Assembly: GCA_002104905.1 (NCBI GenBank)
Contig: MCFE01000737.1
Span: 1 to 41,161, forward strand
Origin: Basidiobolus meristosporus CBS 931.73
Taxonomy: Eukaryota > Fungi > Basidiobolomycota
DNA length: 41,161 bases
Reading direction: 5' to 3'
In this document: piece by piece, positions 34,900 to 41,161 of the stretch
Position numbering within the stretch: position 1 is the stretch's first letter
Layout: each line of letters opens with the position of its first letter
Notes under the pieces: generated by a model
Told to the model about the DNA's origin: nothing
The model's database searches: none
Seen by the model: the letters and a program-made list of their open reading frames with translations, nothing else
Position numbers and translations under genes: made by a program

Positions 34900-35892
34900 C
34901 CATATCAGCTTTGATCCACATCAGACTTGACTCATCCATCAAAGAAACTAAAATATCATTCAGATCTGCAGATAACATCCAGGATATTCGACACATATGA
35001 CAACACTCAAATAAGGACTTTGTGAGTGATGCACATTTCCGCTATTTAGCTATAAAAGTGTAATTATCCTGGGAAAATTCTCAGCCTTCGTATGGAAGTG
35101 GGACCAGAGCTCTAAGACAAGACTCTCATTACCGACAATGTATCTTGAGAGCTGTATTGACTCTGCGTGATATTAGTGGAGTTACGCGGTGCATGCGTTA
35201 GGTATGACCATCCGACACATGCTTGGATGTTTTGCCTGATGATCATTCTATGGTGAGTTAGAGAAACCAGCGGTCAAGAAAAATCAAAAGGATAAAACAC
35301 TACTAGCACACCATCGTCAAGCCAAAACAGGTAGTTTTTGATTCTCTTTATATTTCCATAACCTCTCGAATTTCACTTCATTTTCTTCCGCTAGGGCTCA
35401 TAATGACGATCATCGCTGTCAATACACTAGCCGCATCCCTTGAATTTTAAGGTACTGGAGCTAGTACTCTCTACAGGAAATGAAGCCACTCAACTGTTAT
35501 CTTAACTGTGATTGGTGAAGACCGACTTTTGCTGTGACACAGACATATTTGGCGGCTGGTGCTACCTGAACTCTGACTGTAAGTGCAAGAATATAGTTGA
35601 AGTAGCTGTTGATAGGTACATTGATTCCCGCAAGCTTTACGCTAATAATTTGGTTCCTGACTGGTAAAGAAAATAATATGCCCAGCTTATATTATAAAAT
35701 CATTCATTTGTACCTTGCCATGAATTCTTACAGACATATGTAAAAGATATTGCATTTGCTCTGTTGGAATGAGCCTCATAATTCTTGTGGTGACTGAGAG
35801 TGCCTATGGTTCTAGCAGGCCCTATAATATATTATGGAATGAGTAGCTTTGCTCCATATCACAATGTAAAGTATCCCCTGTGTTTCAATTAT

Positions 35893-35962
35893 TTAGGGGA
35901 GGGAAAGTCACCAAGGTAGGTGAAATATTTATTTGAGTTCAGCCAAGACTAACTAAAAATAT
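35893..35962 (-). mobile_element. Short 3'-terminal relic of the telomere-associated retroelement family
   Basis: TTAGGG followed by the shared end motif (AAAGTCACC-loop-GGTGAAAT..TTTATTT), then (TTAGGG)2 at 35963-35974. Confidence 0.65.
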
Positions 35963-37560
35963 TTAGGGTTAGGGGGGAGACAGTCACCAACAGGTGAAAT
36001 CTTTATTTCAGTTGAAATAAAGAAGCCAGTGCTACTGTTGTAGCTTTGATAAAAGAATGTGTAGCTGAGGGGAGTTTGTAGGTAAGTTAATAAGAAGTGA
36101 TGATAGTTCTTCAGTGCTCAAGACACTGTTCAGTGGGAAGGGGGGTAGCAAGAGAGGTAAGAATGACTTGTGAACAACATTAATTAGGGGAATGCAATAA
36201 GGATTGATATTCATCATAAAGGGAGTGTGCTGCTGCAGATATTGCTGCCAAACGTCTGTCAAGTCCTTCAGGTAGGCCAGCTTGGGTTTTTCTGAGTGCA
36301 GAATATAATGAGCAAACTTCTTGACTTCATGATCTCCAAGTATAGTTCTCCAGCAGGAGCCAGGTGTAGTATGGTGTGTTCTCTTCCATGCCTTAATCAG
36401 TGGGTTGTTGCAGTGGTGAAGTCTGAAATATAATCTGGTTCTAAGGTAGAGAACTCTGACCTTATAGGGCATAAACCCAAAAGCACCAAGAATAGCATGT
36501 CTGTAGGGGCATTCAGGCAAATGAGGCACCAAGGAAGTAATGCACCATACTGCAAACTTGTCAAGCTTAGTGCAGTCTCTAGAAGTAAGAGAGAGAAGTG
36601 GTAAGCCAAATTCCAGGACAGGGAAGACAAACTGCTTGAGTAGAAGGAGGCAGCTGGAAGCTGAAGTTGTAGGAGGGGTACCTGTCTTGCCAGGATTATT
36701 CTCTTCTTCAGGTGTGCTCCAGAGTCTAGTCCAGTAGGAAGGAAAGGAAAGCCAAGATATGTAGCAGAAGCCTGGGCAGGTAGAGTGGAGCTCTCCAAGT
36801 TGATAGGGCAGCCCAAAGGTACTGTCTTTGCAATGGAAAGCTGGAGATTATTCTTCTGCAGATACTGGTGGATGGTCTGGGAGTCTTGTTGCACATTGTA
36901 GGAGGATATTCTGATGTCATCAGCAAAGAGGGTACCAGACAGTCAGCTGAGAGTCTTGGGAAGTCAATCAAGAAGATGGCAAAGAGTATAGGACCAAGCA
37001 CAGAGCCTTGAACCACTCCATTAGGAGCTGAGAACACAGCTGATTGCTCACTTGGGTGCAGAATTCTTGCTTGTGGATCCAGAAACAGAGACCTGACAAG
37101 GAGGGTGAGAGAGGTACTGGAAAAGCATTGCAACTTGGACCAAAGCAGATTTCTGTCAACTGAATCAAAGGCCTTAATAATATCAAACAGAACAGAGGGA
37201 TACTTGCACTGGAGAGAGTGATCTTGGCTAAGTATGACTGCATATTCCAAGGAGAGGCCAGGAACAAAGCCAAACTGTGCAGGATGAAACTTGAGGGAGT
37301 CCAAGTAGAGCTCTTGAGCAAGCAGAAGCTCAAGCACCTTTCTGCAGGTGGGCAGCAGAGATATTGGCCTGTAGGAGCTAGGATCCAGGTGCTTTCCTTT
37401 ACCCTTGTACAGTGGCAGAACATTGGCAAAGGACTGTTGTATCCAAGAGAAAGTGTAATAAAACTCTTGAATGGTTTAACTGAACCAAAGGGACAATTAA
37501 GTGCAGAATCTTAGAATTGTCAGAGAGTGGCGGAAATATTAGCAGAAAAATTCTGATCTA
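35963..37560 (-). mobile_element. LINE-type non-LTR retrotransposon (RT domain, frameshifted) whose 3' end abuts (TTAGGG)2
   Basis: PLYKGKG..DPSSYRPISLL, QFGF, LFDIIKAFDSV, GVVQGSVLGPILF, LFADD (after a frameshift) and TYLGFPF. The ORF ends at 36032, followed by a ~55-bp 3' UTR with AATAAA and a hairpin. The 5' limit is uncertain. Confidence 0.85.
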
Positions 37561-37878
37561 ATATTGGTCTTGGATATAGCTGGGTTGGCTATAAAGACAA
37601 TGATATTTGTTTGCTAGGCAGGCTAGGCTTGGTGTTCTTTGGAGTGCTAGATATACTAGGCTTGGATAGAAACTAGAACGGAATTGTTGGATTCTTATTT
37701 TTGCTGAGACAGAATCTTAATTTTGTTGAGATACACACTAAACCAAAAGGTTCAGTAAACTTTATTTATACTTTTCTGATCAAGTTGAATTAGTAAGCAC
37801 CAAGGGACTGGATTGATTGAGATAAATTTGGGTGTTCATAGGTGCATAAAATAAATGAAAATTACATCATCAATCAAC

Positions 37879-38131
37879 TGATGTCTTGGCAACTGCACCG
37901 TGGTTGGAGAGATCTCAGATGACTAATCACCTGGGAAGGCTTGGCAGATAGGTTGATAACGTAATGGCCATTTGAAAATAGATCAGGTGTGATAGCTAAA
38001 AATAGATTCTGAGGTGGGATAAAATAAACTGTAACTGGGATTTGTTATGTTTGGGTTAGGGAAAATCAGTTAGGGTACTAGATTTTCAAACGGAGTAAAA
38101 TTGGCTAAGTTTTAAATGTTGATGCACAACA
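37879..38131 (-). mobile_element. 3' LTR of the chromodomain Gypsy element
   Basis: Immediately follows the pol stop and the purine-rich GGAAGGAAG tract on the minus strand. TGTTG...CATCA termini. Homologous to 8502-8754. Confidence 0.8.
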
Positions 38132-40016
38132 TCACTTCCTTCCAGAAGAGGAGTTTTTTGATACCTTCTGGGTTCCTCTGCGGCTCCAATACTGATCAAT
38201 AATGGCAACATCATCAAAGTTGGTGTAAGGTTCCCAGGTGTTGTGTTTGGCATCATAGCCTTTCCACTTGACTAAATAAAGGCAATTTGGTTCTTCTCCA
38301 TCATGGTCCACAATAGCTTCAACTTCATAGGATTCCGAAGTTACTGGGTCTTGAGAAATAAGTTAGAGTGAAGAAGGTGGAAAGTTTTTGGGTAGCAGTG
38401 CTCCAGTGTTATCCTGAAGTACATAAGATCCTCCAGTAGTGTGTCTGACAACCTTGAATGGTCCTTCATACTTGGGGTCAAGCTTAGATTGCCGGATTGG
38501 ATCTAGTGTCATGACATATGACCCATCTGGGAAGCTGCTGTTCCTGTGTCTTGAGGCGTATGTTGAAGTCATCTTTTGCTGAGAGGCCTTACTTCTGGCA
38601 CTGATAGCAGGGTAGACAATGTTGGTAAGGTACTCAAGCCGGTTCTTTAGCTTATCTGTATTCAAACTTGCTAACTCTGTATTCTGGTAGTCTCCAAAGT
38701 GGTTGTATCTTCTTCCAAACATCAAGGAAAATGGTGTTGATCCATGTAGAGCGGCAATTTTGGTGTTGATAGCATATTGTACAGTTGGAATGTACTTGTC
38801 CCAATTCTTCTTGATACCTTTGATAGATTTCCTGATGATGTTCACTGAGGTCTGAACATGTCTTTCAGCCAGTCCATTAGCTTTGGGATGATATGGAGTG
38901 ATCAGACGGTGATCAATGGCGCTATTCCGGCAAAGGGCTGTGATCACGTGATTCACAAATTCTGTTCCATTATCCGATTGAATGACCTTAGGGAATCCAA
39001 ATAGGCAGAAGAGCTTGAATAGTTCTTGTGCAATAGTGGCAGCATACTTGTCTGGGATAGTTTTGAGGAAGACAAAACGTGTGCAGACATCCACAATTAC
39101 AAAGAGGTAGTGATTACCATCATCACTAGTGGTGAAAGGTCCAGCTAGATCAATTGCAATATGATCCATAGGAAGGCTTGCATGGATGGGGCTCAAAGGG
39201 TGAAATCCATGGCGGCTGATATTGTAAAGTTGACATTCTCTGCACGACTTGACAAATTCTAAGCAGTCAACTTTGATATTTGGCCAGTGATATCCATCAG
39301 AGTGTAGCTTCTTCATAAGTGTGTCAGCTCCAAAGTGGCCAAGTAAATGACTCCTCTGTATCAATGTTTTCCTTTGTTCTTCAGGTGGGACTTTCCAAGT
39401 TGCTGAATCCAGTTGAGGAATTATTTTGGAAGTTGTAGAGAGTTTACTGATTACATCAGTAATCACATGTCCCTCCCAAGGTGAAGTTGGAAAAAGTCTT
39501 GACAGGTGGTCAGGAAGGATGTTGAGAATTCCTGGGCGATGAATAACTGTATATTCATAATCAAGTAGAGTATCAAGCCAGTTGGTAAGTATTGGAGTCA
39601 GAGTCTTCTGAGTGTGGATATAGACAAGGGCTTGGTGGTCAGTGTACAAGGTAAAAGGATTACCCCATAGATACTGATGAAACTTCTTCAAGGCAAAGAC
39701 TATGGCAAGTAGCTCCTTCTTGGTAGCAGAGTAGTTTCTCTCAGCAGGTTGTAGGGACCTGGCTTGGAAAGAGATCCAGTGAGGCGGATTTTGGTCTTCA
39801 TCTTGATAGAGGACTGCCCCTAACCCAACATTAGATGCATCCGTAGCAACAACAAAGGGCTTAGTAAAGTCTGGGTAGGATAAGGTGGGTGCTTGTGGAA
39901 GCAGTTGGCAGAGTGACTCAAAGGCTTGGTCATGAGTCTTGTTCCAGGCTGAGGTGAGATCAGGGCTATGGTGCAATGCATCTAAAGGGGCACTCAATGA
40001 GGACATGAGTGGTATG
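38132..40016 (-). mobile_element. 5'-truncated Ty3/Gypsy (chromovirus-type) pol: RT connection, RNase H, integrase, chromodomain
   Basis: VVATDAS..GLGAVL, ELLAI, HLLGHFG...CRECQ, DLAGP, QSDNG, NGLAER and YEGPF. After an in-frame TAA at 38363 the frame continues YEVEAIVDH...YLVKWKGY....NTWEP to a TGA at 38132. The RT catalytic core and gag are absent. Confidence 0.9.
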
Positions 40017-40509
40017 TTAGGGGGGAGGAAAGTCACCAAGTGGTGAAATCTTTATTTACTTATGACAAGTATCTAAAGAAGCCAAGTTAATCTGAAGTTA
40101 TTCCTAGAAAGCTAGGTCTGAGAGATATCTTCCTGGTAAGCCAGGTCTAAGAGTTGAGAGGCTGAGTGGTACTATATTTCCTAGTTAGCTAGGTCTGAGA
40201 GAGGTTTCCTGGAAAGCCAGGCCTGAGAAGTGAGAATCTGAATATATCTGAGCTAAGTTATACTGGTTTGCGGTAGCTGAATTGTGGCCGGAATGGCCAG
40301 TAGACTGGGGGAACTGAGAGGAATTTCTGGGCGATCACTGGCCAAATTTACTAGGCAAATCTGGCCAATTAGCATTTCAAGGATTTCAGCCAATCAGAGC
40401 CTTTACTTTGCCCGATGGTTGATCAAGCCATCTCCCAATGAGCACACATCAATTTATTGATCAAATTTTGCTGGATCCAGGATTTGAACCCACAACCATG
40501 GGTATGGAA
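40017..40509 (-). mobile_element. 489-bp non-coding SINE-like subtelomeric unit, copy 1
   Basis: Starts (plus strand) with TTAGGG and the same end motif as the LINE; ends with a tRNA-like 3'-half (minus: GGTTGTGGGTTCAAATCC). Confidence 0.65.
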
Positions 40510-40998
40510 GGGGGAGGAAAGTCACCAAGTGGTGAAATCTTTATTTACTTATGACAAGTATCTAAAGAAGCCAAGTTAATCTGAAGTAATTCCTAGAAAG
40601 CTAGGTCTGAGAGATATCTTCCTGGTAAGCCAGGTCTGAGGGTTGAGAAGCTGAGTGGTACTATATTTCCTAGTTAGCTAGGTCTGAGAGAGGTTTCCTG
40701 GTAAGCCAGGCCTGAGAAGTGAGAATCTGAATATATCTGAGCTAAGTTATACTGGTTTGCGGTAGCTGAATTGTGGCCGGAATGGCCAGTAGACTGGGGG
40801 AACTGAGATGAATTTCTGGGCAATCACTGGCCAAATTTACTAGGCAAATCTGACCAATTAGCATTTCAAGGATTTCAGCCAATCAGAGCCTTTACTTTGC
40901 CCGATGGTTGATCAAGCCATCTCCCAATGAGCACACATCAATTTATTGATCAAATTTTGCTGGATCCAGGATTTGAACCCACAACCATGGGTATGGAA
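40510..40998 (-). mobile_element. 489-bp SINE-like unit, copy 2, directly capped by the telomere
   Basis: Tandem copy of 40021-40509, with about 8 substitutions counted by eye. Confidence 0.65.
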
Positions 40999-41161
40999 GG
41001 GTTAGGTAGGGTTAGGGTTAGGGTTAGGGTTAGGGTTAGGGTTAGGGTTAGGGTTAGGGTTAGGGTTAGGGTTAGGGTTAGGGTTAGGGTTAGGGTTAGG
41101 GTTAGGGTTAGGGTTAGGGTTAGGGTTAGGGTTAGGGTTAGGGTTAGGGTTAGGGTTAGGT
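40999..41161 (+). repeat. Telomere, (TTAGGG)n, ~27 units, with one proximal variant (TTAGGTAGGG)
   Basis: Seen directly; runs to the window end with the G-rich strand 5'->3' outward. Confidence 0.98.

Noticed and set aside
37520-37878. Claim that the telomeric LINE is endonuclease-less
   Set aside because: Only ~350 bp lie between the RT start and the LTR, so an APE domain could have been displaced. Undecidable without a full-length copy.
38053-38075. TTAGGG hexamers inside the LTR
   Set aside because: Internal to the LTR and only partly shared with the other LTR copy; not junctions.

Overview
Right-hand end of a fungal chromosome. It has short ~60-bp GT-AG introns and a terminal (TTAGGG)n tract. 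CotH and AA11-like LPMO/CBM5-12 genes suggest an early-diverging fungus such as Zoopagomycota or Mucoromycota (inference only). 1-15 kb: a partly decayed metabolic tailoring patch (extended-SDR pseudogene, alpha/beta hydrolase, PEAMT-like N-methyltransferase, two ToxA-like methyltransferases) interrupted by CpG-depleted retroelement relics. 16-23 kb: NOT2, CotH kinase, a CBM18/GPI-type protein, tRNA-Thr(CGT) and a GDSL esterase. 24-34 kb: a duplicated array of secreted proteins, namely three M15/LAS-type Zn-peptidase copies, two AA11-like LPMO-CBM5/12 copies and two 55-codon cystine-knot peptide genes missed by the ORF track. 35.9-41.2 kb: a stack of retroelements attached 3'-end-first to TTAGGG remnants (a short relic, a LINE-type RT element and two copies of a 489-bp unit with a tRNA-like head), plus a truncated chromodomain Gypsy element, then the telomere. 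The best candidates for an undescribed system are this telomere-attaching LINE plus SINE-like partner, which share a conserved 3' hairpin, and the knottin/M15/LPMO secreted-effector array. All family assignments come from motif recognition by eye; no searches were run.
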